A stretch of 64,000 nt of DNA from Octopus bimaculoides (Eukaryota), in the NCBI RefSeq assembly GCF_001194135.2, contig NC_068990.1, forward strand, positions 40,609,399 to 40,673,398, written 5' to 3'. Positions 1 through 13,148 of this stretch are shown one piece after another. How positions within the stretch are numbered: position 1 is the stretch's first letter; each line of letters opens with the position of its first letter. The notes under the pieces are model-generated. The model worked only from the letters and a program-made list of their open reading frames with translations. It had not been told where the DNA came from and searched no databases. The position numbers and the translations under genes are program-made.

Positions 1-289
1 TATATATGTGTGTGTGTACATACATGCTCTGTGTCTCCTGTTACTACCCCCCCCCCCTCCACATGTAATTTCAGCTAATGATTCACTTCCTCCACCTTTG
101 CCTCCTAAAATTATTCCTCTATTTCATCTTCCAGTTCTGCTACTATGACTGCTTCCTCCTATATTAATGTTGTTTTCATTTACAAGTAGGAAGGACTTGC
201 AATACAGAATAACACAGTGAATGGATTGTGCTATAGATTGCTTCTTATATCATAGAGGACTTAGTCTCTTTCACTTTATATACGTGCAT

Positions 290-290
<1 letters not shown>

Positions 291-334
<44 letters not shown>

Positions 335-393
335 NNNNNNNNNNACACACACACACACACACACACACAGACACACACACACACACACACACA
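291..393. repeat. (CA)n microsatellite with an internal 10-N gap
   Basis: Read directly; the gap is at 335-344. Confidence 0.95.
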
Positions 394-1190
394 AACACAT
401 AACGTGTGTGTAAGGATACTTGTATGTACATACATACATACATACATACATATTATATGCAAACATTCACATGCATAATGCACATACAAATATATATATA
501 CACAGACACACATACATTTCTGTTTATGTATATACTTATATGTGTATACATGTGTGCCCCCGTCTCTCTCTCTCACCTTTCAAACTATGGCACTATTTCC
601 TCAGCTACTGAAATTATATTCTATCCCTACTTTGTGCTACTGGTGATCTCTCTCCTTGGAACCACTTCCCTTGTCACACATCACACATTTTCAACGTCAT
701 CCCATACCATTTTATTTTCCACTGAAAGCCCATTTTCCATGAACACCCTCTCATGTCTGCCATCGACAACCCCTCCCACCTTTTTTTTGTCACTATATCC
801 ACTCCTGCATACCTCTGACTTCCAGCTCTGTCACTGTTAACTACCCCCTTCACATCTTTCTATTTGTCCTCTTTGTGTATGGAGTGGGTATATTATACTG
901 TTAATCTCCACATATCGCCCACTCATGTTACTTTCTCTACTTCCCCTTCCCAAAGAGATTAACCATTGAGTATACCCCTTTATTCCTGCTCACCGTTCAC
1001 TGTATTCACCTCTACCTCATCTTTAGCCATCTATCACTCTTTTTTCCCACCCAGCCACCTTCCTCCATTTTGTGAATGCACTCTGACATATTCTCCAACA
1101 TCATTTCTCACTTTATTATTTGGTTAGCCATGTATCTTTCCCTGTAGCGAGACATTCCTATCCCTCTCTCATACTTTAACCCCTCAGCAC

Positions 1191-1402
1191 CTGAGGTAAA
1201 GTAACCTCACTTGTGCTGGTTCCATGAAAAAGAAAACACACAGTACTCTCAGTAAAGTGATTGGGATTAAAAAGGACATCCAGCTGTAGAAACCATGCCA
1301 AAGCAGACATGGGATCTTAATGCTGCCCTCTAACTCATAGTATTCTATTGAACCAACCAACCCATCAAGGCATGGAATATGCATATCAAATGATGATGAT
1401 GA
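1191..1402 (+). mobile_element. Short retroposon family 2 (RTE/CR1-related, non-autonomous) with (GAT)n tail
   Basis: The motif aaggacatccagctgtagaaaccatg...aaccaacccatcaaggcatggaa..(tga)n is shared with 49146-49300 and partly with 20955-21015. Confidence 0.6.
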
Positions 1403-1860
1403 CTGTGCATATGTGTATGTGAAATATACATGTACTTATATGCACACCCATAGACACATGCATATAATGTGAAATCTGCTTATTATATTAGCTATTTTTC
1501 AAGTGGTTATTGCCGAAATCAGTTGGACTTAACTTTTTTGCTTAATGTTATCAACTAGTATTGTCATCAAAAAGGTTTTAACCCCGAGGAGAAGTTTACA
1601 TTTTTAACATCGCCGATTCCTATGGATCGCATAAATTGCAATTCTTCGAAACATATGTCGGAATAAAAGTATGCAGCTATAATATGTGTTTACTCCATTG
1701 TTTAAATTTATATATACTCAAATACCCAAAATATCAAGGAGTTTCTGCCTCATAAACAGGAGTTACACCACAGTTATTTTGTGATCTTTGGTACCCCGGT
1801 ACCTATTAACCAATTTATTTTATCCGAGTTATTTTTTACTTGGAGAAAATAAATACATAT

Positions 1861-1862
<2 letters not shown>

Positions 1863-1940
<78 letters not shown>
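1863..1940. repeat. Compound (TA)n(TAGA)n microsatellite
   Basis: Read directly from the sequence. Confidence 0.95.
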
Positions 1941-2113
1941 TTGGCTGTGGTGAGGGAGTATATTAAATATCCATCATCATTAGCTCTAATAATACTTATT
2001 GTTGATTGCTTGATCATGCTACAAAAGTCACATTGCATTATTTGGAATTAATGTTACATCTTAAATTTAATTAATTTATAGTTAAACAGTATTATTGTTA
2101 TAGGTAATATATA

Positions 2114-2151
<38 letters not shown>

Positions 2152-3266
2152 GAAAACATTCATTTTTATTATTTTCTATAAATGCTGTGAAATAGAAAAT
2201 TATAATTATTGCATCAGGTAACATTACTTGATACTGCTCAGTAGCCAAATATATTTCCAATATTACTTGTCATATGACAAGTAACACAAATGTATGTAGC
2301 TTCAGATATATTATCCAAGATATACTGTGATGCCTCCATATACTCTAGATTTAACATCATTTGTTTACCTCTGTCTTTTCTCTTACAAATTATGTCGTAT
2401 CTCTTAATTTATCATTTGCAATATATTGTGAAGTCTTAATCTGATATTTGCAATAAATTTTACCCTTTATGTCGAGTCACACACCTTCAGTAAATGTTCG
2501 ATTGTAATTCTTAAATGTACTCTAAAAATAGTAACTTTATTATATATACATATTGTTTCACTTTAGACATTTGTATCCAGTTATTGCTTTTAGTAGGTTG
2601 TTTATCTTTTCTGCTTGTCAATTATTAAAATATTAGTAATAGTTGTTTTATTCCTTTTGTGTATGTTTTCTTTTTTTAATTTGCTATATCTGTCCATATT
2701 TCATAATAACCAAAATAAATGAATAAATAAAAGCAATATAATCGGCTGCATATATTTCTTTGTGTGTGTATGTATGTATGTATGTATGTATACCTTATTT
2801 CTCTAGGAACAGACATAAACTTCCTGTTGAAAAAGAGTTCAAAACTCCAACTAAAAACATTTGTCTCCCCTTACACACACTTCCTGTTTTGACATCACAC
2901 TTCCTGCTTAACACAAACTTTTAACCCTTTTTTTAAACCTAACACAACTCTCAATTCTCATGCATCCTTATTTTTCCAACCTTCATATACATGAATTACC
3001 ATTGAACTTCAAAAGCTCAAAGACAATATAATGTATTGGTATATTTATTTTTTTATATATTATTTTCTTCATTTTGTACTTCTTTGTAAAAAACATTTTC
3101 ATTCTCCTTCTTCTTGAAAATTTGTTTCGCAATGAAAGCCGGTTAGAAATCTTTATTAAAATATGCTTCCAGTTTAGCATTCTGCCTTATTTTTCATTTT
3201 CCTATTATTTTTCCATGTGCGGTTAACACAACCCCACTATTTACTGACTTATATATATATATATAT

Positions 3267-3420
3267 ATATGGGAGAAATTACGAAAAAAACAACAGACGA
3301 AGACAGGTTGTGTAAACAACAAATGGATGTATTAGTATAACGCTCAGGAATAGAGGAAGTCTTTAATGTTTCGAGCCTCTGCTCTTTCAACTGAAAGGAA
3401 CACAGAAAGTAACAAGGAGA
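3267..3420 (-). mobile_element. Retroelement end fragment, possibly Penelope-like
   Basis: The minus strand carries TTGAAAGAGCAGAGGCTCGAAACATT, similar to the TGAAGAxG..CGAAAC motif of Penelope-like terminal repeats. Recognised by eye only. Confidence 0.35.
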
Positions 3421-3494
3421 GAAAAAAAGAAGAGAAAAATAATATATATATATGATAAGGAAATAAAAAATTGTCATGAACTTCATTAGTTTGC

Positions 3495-3665
3495 AGCTGT
3501 TTCTGTTATGAGATGCAGTGCACTCATAGTACTTATATAACACCTTATAGCTTCATCAGAGCTTCAAAAATGAAGAGCTTTATTTTCAGACCTCAAATGA
3601 AGCTATAGGTTGATACACGCAAGTAGTCTACAGTGAGTGCATTGCATTTCATAGCAGAAACAGCT
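3495..3665. mobile_element. Palindromic MITE-like element (about 170 bp)
   Basis: 32-bp inverted ends (3495-3526 and 3634-3665) with 3 transition mismatches, plus an inner inverted pair tatagcttcat / atgaagctata. Confidence 0.65.
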
Positions 3666-3685
3666 AGTTTCTTTCCTAATTTCTT

Positions 3686-3748
3686 TTCCTTTGTCATTTC
3701 AATTTCTTATTACTATTCCTTTGTCATTTCAATTTCTTATTACTATTC
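3686..3748. repeat. Exact 30-bp tandem duplication
   Basis: ttcctttgtcatttcaatttcttattacta occurs twice, starting at 3686 and 3716. Confidence 0.9.
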
Positions 3749-6700
3749 TGTAATATACAGATGCTTTGCAGCATATGTATATTAAGTTCTAACACCAGGT
3801 TATTAGTATGACTATTCCTAAGTGAAGTCATTTACACACACACACACACAGTGACTATTTCATGCACCACAGCATCTTATGTAACTGGCTTTGTGTGAGT
3901 CTTACTTTAGTTATAAACTTGTATAAGCGTCTCATTTTCCATATCAAATTATATAACTTTGCCTTGTTTTATTGTTCTGCACTGATATTAATATAATCCA
4001 GTTCACTCATTTATTTCCTATGAAATCGATTATTAGCTAGGGAGTGTTGCTTTATCATGATTTGGACATATATGATATAAAAAGTAGGCTACATAACTCA
4101 GTGGTTGTTTACTTTGAAGTTAGCATATTAGAATACTAACTCCATAGTCACAAGTTTATATTTTATGTACGAGATGTCAAGATGTGCAAGTAGATTTTTT
4201 TAAATGCACTTTAATGCTTTAGAAAATTCATACAAATGCTTGATCTTCTCTGAAAACTGTATTTTTATTTTGTTATATTCGAATATGATTAATAAAATTT
4301 TAGAAGTAATTGTTACCTCTGTTTCTTTCTAAGTTTTCTAACTTTTTTAAAACTTTCTATATATGCCCCATGCAGCACAGATATAAAAATCTGTGAATCA
4401 CTGTCCTGTACAGACATTATGTTTGCACTTGCAAGAAATTTACCCGTGTTTAATTGAAGCTTTAACTTTATGTTTGACAAAATATATGAAAGCTGATGTA
4501 TTTATAATAGTTAGAATTTTATTCATTATTTCTCTCCCAAATCACATGAGAATCCAACAGGAATAATGTCAATAATATTCAATTTTTTTTTGCAGTTCTG
4601 GTTCTCTTACCTGTGTGGAAAGAGAGAAGGATGTGTTTAGTAACATAGAATTAGATGTAACTTCTAGTTCAGTAAAATCAGGATCAGGATTTTACATATA
4701 ATTATTACTATTTGATTTTGCTCATATTTTTTAATGTTCTTGAATGTAAACCTCAAAAGGTTTTGTAATTGTAGTACTGTGCCGGCTGTGTGTCAGTGAA
4801 AAGAGTTTCAATCCCATGTTTTCTAGTAATTAATCTCTTTATGAATTCGCAATCGGGTTTCTGTTAGGGTTGGTCAGTTCACGGTGCTTTATTCACTGCC
4901 TTCAACATTCTTCAGTAAAATTCATCAAGCTTGCTAGTAAGCACTACTTAAGAATGAGTAAATTTTTTATGTTGTTAGTCAAGGAAAATATATACTGGAA
5001 TAGCTTCTCATAAATACAGGGGATCTTGGCTGCTCACTTTAAAAATCATAAATCATTACAGCTATACACAGACACACACTGGTACGAAATAGAGGAACTA
5101 TGGCTACATTTTCATAAACCATCCAAACTGAGAGATATGGACAACTGAATATATGATTTGTCACAGCTTGTCACTACTTCAACCCTGAGACTTAAACTTA
5201 AGCCAGAAACATTATTTTGTGTAGAATAGTGGCATTATATGTCATTAAGTGATATATTCCCTGAGAGGCCCATTCCTCCAGGTTTGTTTCAGTTCTTCAC
5301 TCTTCTCTTTTACTCTCCCATAAATGTTACCCTACATCATAGGAATACATGATTATGTGTAGGACTGTGGATATAGAGTTAACAACATATAACAAGTTTT
5401 TTTTTTTTTTGATTTTCTTTGTATTGTTTGTTATGTATTAGCATACTCTTCTAAGTTCATTTCTACAAGAAGTAATTGATTTAAAACAAATAATTATCAG
5501 AGTTATTCCTTTCTGTTATATATCCATTTCAACTGTATCCCCTTGCAGATAAATAATTGAAAAGGTTATTAAACTGATGATACTTTCTTTTATTTGTTTC
5601 AATCATTGGACTGCAGCCATGCCAAAGCCCTATCTTGATGTTGATTATAGTAAATTAATTCTGCAGTGTTAGTCATAGTAAGTTACTTTCCAAAATTAAT
5701 TTACTATTGTCAAAAATCTAATACTTTTAGAGGAAGAGTAAATGAAATGATACAGCATTCACACCTTTCCTGTATGAATTATTGGCATAAGTGAAAATAG
5801 TTATAACCAGGACATGAAACCAATTCATAAACACTATATCTGGAGTTGAAAACTTACTATACATTTCTCACCACATGATTATAATATGTATACATTTTTT
5901 TTTTAGAAAAATTTACTTTCACTTCTCTCTTGCTGAAAATTCTGTCTGTCATATCAAGATATTAGAGCATGGAGTAGATTTTACTTTAAAAAAATACTCT
6001 CCTGTCTCTGTATTTGTATGTATATGTTGTTGAAATGTCTAAATGTGTTAACATTATCTCTTCATGTTTCTTTTTACTGGGTTAAGCCGATATATAAAAG
6101 AAATAGATAGCCTAGCATGTAAGCAATAGCTTATTATACATACATATCTCTATACACACACACACACTTTTTTCTCTGATTATTCATTATATTTTAGATT
6201 AGAGGATTAGTTCTTAAGTTACCATATTTTATTCGTATGAATTGTTGTGTATTCATAGATGTTATTATATCTCTATCTCTCAATGATTTTTGGCTTGTGT
6301 TTTTGTGTGTATAAGGTGGTTTGCTTTCCCTAGTGTATATGTGAGCAAAAGAGAGAACCGTGTCTCAGTTTGTATGTATCTCTATGTTTGTGTGTGTGTT
6401 TAATATGTCCATATAACACAACTTAATGAAATGTTGGCCAATTGCCAATCAAACTAAGTTGCCATGATGATTATTTTCTGTTAGATTGATGTAGGAAAGT
6501 GTGTAAAAGTGTAGTAGTGCTGCCTTTTGATGCCTTTCCTATCACCAGCAACAGCCACTGCTTGATAGTTTCTAAAGTGGCCACGAAATTTAGCAAGCCT
6601 CCTCTTTATCATTTCTCACTCTCTCATGCACACACACTTCACTTTAATTTAAGCTCTATTTTATACTTAATTATGAAGTGCTCTAAAGTATTCGTATTAA

Positions 6701-6789
6701 GTAGGTGAGCAAAATTCGTAAGTTTTCAATTCTTCACTGTAGTAACTTTCTTTCACTTGTACAAATCTGAAACTACATATAGAATTGTT

Positions 6790-7125
6790 TAGATGGTATT
6801 TAGTTATTGTTCTTTTGCATTCTGAATTCAAATCCCTCCGGGGGTTCGTTTTTACCTCTTATCTTTCTTACCAGGATCAATAGAATAAATATTAATCAAG
6901 TAATGGGTCAATCTAATTGACAGCATCCCTTCCTAAATATGTATGACCTTGTGCCTTACACTCCTGCCAAAGTGTGTGACCTTGTACTAATGTTAAAAAG
7001 CATTATTAGTAGAGTGATAGGATGGTAGTATCTGCAGGATGATGAACTTAGTGAAGCTCCTTTACATTGTGGATTCAAATCCTGCAGAAACCATCTTTGC
7101 TGTTCATCCTTCAGGGGTCAATAAT
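6790..7125 (+). mobile_element. tRNA-derived SINE family 1, two degraded fragments
   Basis: B-box-like ttctgaattcaaatcc and gattcaaatcc, followed by catccttcaggggtcaataa and a ccttgtgcc tail as in the intact copies. Confidence 0.55.
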
Positions 7126-7952
7126 GTATGAACCAGCTTTATATATGGGTCCTTTCAGTTAGCTTTTTCCTTTCCAGTTGTGTGTCAGTGTCAGCTTTTA
7201 TCATTGATTTCTTTCTCTAGACTAAGACTACACATTTTGTAAAAGGCATCTTTAACTGACTATATCAATCTTGCACCTTGTATGCATTTTACCAATTCTA
7301 ATGAAGGTAACAAATAACAGCATGCATTCCTATCTCTAGATGTTTTGCTAAGAAAAAAAAAAAAAACAATTTTAAAACCTTGATCAGTTTTAATTTTACA
7401 TGTTTATTACTGTTTGTAAAATAAAAATACCCTCCCTTATTTTTAAGAAGAAACATAGTGGATGTAAACACTGACCCCTATTGAATGTATGCCATTCAAT
7501 TCTCTATTAGACTTTAGGCTACTGTTGTCATTTTAAGAGAGGTATGCATGTCAAAATGTTCTGGTTCTCTTACCTGTAAATCAGTGGTAATAGAGCAGAA
7601 AAAATACCTATTACTATTATTACCAGTCAGTGACTGGGATTAATGTAATTGACTAATTCCCTCCCCTTGATTTCAAGCCTAATATAGACACAATTAGTAT
7701 TTGACTGACAGAGTTGTTAGAGCATTGGGAAAAATGCTTTCTGTATTTCTTTTGGCTGGTTACTTTCTCAAATCCTGTCTTGGTCAACTTAGCCTTTCGT
7801 TCCTCTAGGGGTCTATACAATAAAGTACCAATCAAGATTTTGAAAAATTCCAGACCTTGTACCTATGTCAGAAACAATTATTGGCAGAATCACTGGACCA
7901 TTGGACAAAATGCTTTGCAGTGTGTGTCATAGTTAAGAACCAGAACAAAAAC

Positions 7953-8025
7953 ATCTTGAGTTCAAATCCCACAGAGTTGAACTTTATCTTTTATCCTTCC
8001 AGGGTTAATAAAATAAAATACTAGT
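7953..8025 (+). mobile_element. SINE family 1 fragment
   Basis: gagttcaaatcccacagagttgaactttatcttttatccttccagggttaataaaataaaatac. Confidence 0.6.
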
Positions 8026-10539
8026 CAATTGCCGATAAATATCAAAGAAATATGTACAATGCATACACAAATGAAAATTGACTTTACTGGGGCTTGAAGT
8101 AATAAAGTATGAGGTACTAAGCTGGTTAGCTTAAAGTTATCTAACCCAACATTCTGTTTGTGCTTGGTGAGTTTGTGTATGTTTAATAGAATCTTATACA
8201 AATTTGCATTCAGAGATGCACACACACAAAGTGAGGAGGGGGGAAATCAAAGGGAGATAAGATACATTCTCTTAAAACAGTTCAAGTTCAGGATGAAATG
8301 TTTTCGATGTCCATTATTTAACATCACAGCTTTTTTATTTTGTTTTATATAGTTTATGCCTAGAATACAATAGCAAATATTTAAAGAGATCCTCGGTAGG
8401 GTAACCTTACTGTAAGTAGTGAAAATGACTTGGTTAATCTTGTCAAAATTGGAACCATTCTGTCTCTGAACATTACATTTATTTTGGCCATGGGTTCTTT
8501 TGTTGTTGTTGTTGTTGTTTGTATTTGTGTGTGTGTGCATTATAGTCATAGTTTGGTTCTGCTGATAATGTTTTTATAGTTTGCTACTTTCACATCTTCC
8601 AGAAAAACCTTACTTTCTGAAAAATTGCTATGCACACACACACACTCACATTCATATCTAAAAGGATCACCATACACAGCATATGGGAAATGGTTCATTA
8701 ACTGCAAACTTTTTCACATGTATATTCAGTATACATATATATATANNNNNNNNNNNNNNNNNNNNNNNNNNNNNNNNNNNNNNNNNNNNNNNNNNNNNNN
8801 NNNNNNNNNNNNNATATATATATGCACACACATGTAGAAAATGCTTATATACTCAATAACTTATTGAATATACATGAATTGATGTATAAAAAAATTGTGT
8901 TCACACTGACATGCTCGAACATGCACGCTTGTAATTAACTTTTTTTTTTAAATGTTTAAATAGAAAAATATATAGTTTTAATTTGAAAGAAAAATGAGAT
9001 GAATTTAAATTAAAACAACTTATGTTCTAAACATTTTATTGCTTGCATAAACAACATTGTCTGCTACCTTCTCATTGTCTCTGGTCAGTGAAGAGTAAAA
9101 ATTAATTTATACAGAATAACTTCAAGGACTGTAGTGGGGGTTAACTGGTTCCTTTCTGCTCATACTTTTTCTCATGTCACCAGGCTTACTACAGTAAACA
9201 CATCCATTTTAAACAAGTGTTTCAAAATATAGTATACTTTTTGTCCAGTATGTGAACTTAAATTACCTAAATGCTGAGAAAGTCTTCATTTGGCAGTCTA
9301 CTTTTATTAAAATGGCAAAGGGGAACTGAAATAGAATTCAAGATCAACTTCTACTTGATAGTTAAAAATAGGTGTTATTTTTTAAGCTTTTTATTCTCTT
9401 CTTCTAACGTATCTTCTTGATATTTTTGCCCTGCTCTTTTCTCTCTTTCTTCCCTACCCAAGACTATTTGAGCAGTTCTCAAGTAAATGATATGCTAGAA
9501 ATGGTAGTAGAATTTCAATAGCAGCAACTGCAGCTGCTATTACAGCTGTAGGTATAGTCCCTGACAAAAGAGAAAAAACAAAATTAGATTTTCTTTTTCT
9601 AGAAGAGAAAAGGCCAAACAGTTTCTTCCAGTTGTCAATATTTTCTTCCTTGTTTTTCATTTATATACCATATATTTTAGTTTGCTCTGTTTCACTTTGG
9701 TTTAATGATGTGTTAATATTTTTATTCATTTATTGAACCATTTGTAAGAATTGATGACATTTAAATTGTAGCCATATTTTTCACATTTTCAAAGATCAGG
9801 CCATTAGTTACTCATAATCTATGAAATTCCTAGTTAATTTGTTTTAAATTTTAGAAGTTTTACCAAAGCATCATGTTTGGTAGGGACATATTACCTGATA
9901 GTAAACTTTAATTCCTTTTTAGGGCAGGTCTAATAAGCATTCACTGTCAACAATATATAAACTGACTGGATTAGTATTAGGTGGTTTCCTTGGCATATAC
10001 ACCGTTCAGCTAGTTTCACAGTGTAAAGTTTGCATGGGAGGGGACTAATTTTGCCCTGTATAATTTAATAAATATCTGTTCTTATCATATTCTTGAGACA
10101 ACATTGGTTATCTTGTCCCTCCCTTTTTTTCTTCTGTGCATGTAAAATTATTGCAACTTCATATTTTTCAAAATAATTTTTAGTAGAAGTTAATAATAGA
10201 ATTCTGAGAATTTATTTCTGTTAGAATGCATGGATGTCTTTACATGATGGTGATTGAGAATAGAATATCTTTCTGAAAAGTGGGCTCATAAAATTTTTTT
10301 GTGAGATTAGTAGATTCTTACTATCTGTTCTAAAATTTAACTATACACCATGATATAATTTGTTTCATTATATCATGTATGCATATATGTGTATGTATGT
10401 ATGCACCAGTGCCATCATCATGATCATCAGGTCAGTATCTATTTTTCCATCCCTTCATGGATCACAATGAATTTGTTAGAGATTTTCTGCAGTTGGATGC
10501 ACTTTGTCACCAGCATACACACATACATATGTATGTGTG

Positions 10540-10589
<50 letters not shown>

Positions 10590-11639
10590 CATAGATGATA
10601 GATTGTATATACATATGAGTGTGTGTGTATATATGTGTGTCTGTATGTATGTGTGTCTGTATATATATATATATACACACACACATGCACATATATATAT
10701 AATTCATTCTTTTTATCTTGTTGTTTTTGAGAATTTAGAAATAATTTCATATTAACAAGCTATTGATTTTCTTTCCATAAAATTAGGTTATGCGTGTACA
10801 TATGTTGGTAGTATTCTCTGTGTATCCGCAATTCTTCACTGACAGTCAACTGAATTAACATTTTATTTCTGTCTATAAGTCTATAAGATATAGTAATTTC
10901 ATATGTCTGTGTATATATATATATATTTCTTCCTCCCTCTCTCTTTCCCTCTTGTTAGTAATACAATCTAAACACTTAAAAAATAATGCAATTATAGCAT
11001 CACTACTTTTCCATTTGTATCCTCTTGTTTTTGGTATAATCATTCTTGTTCTATGTATTCAGTCATTATGTTGATGCTGCTGCTTTCAATAGAAAAACAA
11101 GGTAAGATTATCCAGATTCTAGGTTGATTTGTTATTCTAAGTTGAAATGCCCTTCAATTGTGAGCTCAATAGCCTAAGTACCAATAATATATAGATATAG
11201 ACATTTCTTAACTTTACAAAGAAAATCATGTTGCTCAATATTTCTTTGGTATTTGAGTTGGCAAAATAAATGATGTTCTGGACTATAAAATGCTTTAAAG
11301 CATTTCAATTTTGAATCCTTAACATTTTTTTTTTATTTCATTCTTCTAAGATTCATAAAATTGTTACTAGGGTCATCAATTCAATCATCCCTCAAAGTTT
11401 ATTGCTTTGTATCATTATAAATAATTAATATTATTATTACGAGAATAACAAAATTAGTAAAGTGCCATGTCATATTTTTTCTTTCAAAAATTCTGAGTTC
11501 AGCTCTAGAGATTTCTGGGATTCATAAAATGTTTATCAGCCAAGTACTAAGATTAATAGTATTGACTTTACAATTCTTGAAATTTATCCCCTTGAACCTT
11601 TATTAGAAATCATTCATCATTATTGCTAATTGAAACATG

Positions 11640-12230
11640 TTGCTGTTGCTGCTGCCTAGGTGAAAAATGCTTAGCAACATTTTGCCTGTCTTTACATTAT
11701 GAGTTCAAATTTCACCTCAGTTGACTTTGTCTTTCATCCTTTCAGGATCAGTCAGACCAGTACCAGTCAAGCACTGGCGTTGAGGTAAAGGACTAGTCTC
11801 CTCCTCCAAAACTGATGGCCTTAGCAAGCTTGCAGAATTGTCAGCACACAAGACAAACTGCTTAGCTGCATTTTGTCCATCTTTATACATTCAGAGTTTA
11901 AATTCTGCTGTGGTTGGTTGACGTTGCCTTTCATCTTTTCAGGGTCGATGTAATCAAACTAGTCCCCTCCCCTAAGATTTTTGGCCTTGTGCCTATGATA
12001 GGAAAGATTATTGTTGTTGTTGTTTTTGTTACAATTATTACAATTGATGAGCTAGTAGAGTTATTAGTGTTGAAAAAAATTCTTGTTTTTTCTGGCTTTT
12101 TTGCATTCTGCTCAAATTCCACTGGGGTCAGCTTTGCTTTTTGTACTTTCGGCCACTAAAATAAAGTACTATTGAAGTACTGAGGTTGATGGTATTGATT
12201 AAATTCCTCCTCACAAAGCCATTATTGATG
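11640..12230 (+). mobile_element. SINE family 1, three head-to-tail copies
   Basis: Three successive units (about 11659-11825, 11826-12020, 12049-12225), each with a gagttcaaatt-like B box, a ctttgcctttcatc core and a tail. Confidence 0.8.
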
Positions 12231-13148
12231 GTGTTGGTGGTGGTAGTTATTTCATTCCTCTGTATTCCAAGTCCAAATCTTATTGTAGGCTGACTTCCTT
12301 TGACCATGTTGATCATTAGATACCAGAAGTTTAACCATTTAATTGTCACCCTCCTTTTACAAAATTAGCCTGATTTTTCAGGAGATAATTCTCAGGTGAT
12401 GATATTCTGCTTATTTGTTTGCTTGATTGATTGTTACGTTTTAAACAACCTGACTTAGGAACAAAGTCAAAGACGTATACAGTCATTAGTATAATGAAAA
12501 AATATTATCATAGGTAGTAGCATTGTGAGAGAAATGGTAGGAGAGAAGGAAAATACTGTATGATATTTCATGTTTCATATTTAAAAATCAGTGGATCAAC
12601 TTCGTAATTTCATCCTTCCTTGATCAATAAAGTAAGTAGTGATGCTATTCATTACTGTTTAATTGGTTAAACATCCTTCAAATTTGTGGCCTTGTACCAG
12701 TGTAAAAGAACATTAGTTTAAGTGGCATAAGCTGACTTTATTTGATATCTTAAGTTATTGCAGTGGAAATTGTTCAAGGTTTGATTAAATCACCTATTCC
12801 TCATCTGAGTGAATTTGCAAACTTTAGTCAATGTTACAAATCATTATTTATGTTATTGTCATTATGGTGCCTATTACATCTTATGTGCTCTCTCACATAA
12901 GATGTATTGCTATTTTTGGTCAAATTTTGGATTTCATGGATTATAAGTCGTAACGAATACATATTTCTACATAGCAGAATGAAAAAGGGTAAATATAGTA
13001 TCCTTAAGAGGTTGCATACCAAGTTTCAATACCATTGACTAATATCTTGTGGTTCAGCATTGTCTATGAAGAGAACAGGTGTGTGAACTTTTCTCCAGTG
13101 ATGCTGCGACGGTCGTTGCATGTGGATATACAGCGTACTTGTGTGAAG

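Noticed and set aside
221-840. HT-, CV- and YI-repeat ORFs here and throughout the window
   Set aside because: They are translations of (CA)n, (TG)n and (TA)n microsatellites.
9463-9551. Exon-like segment between a pyrimidine tract and a GTATAG donor
   Set aside because: There are stops in all three frames and no other support.
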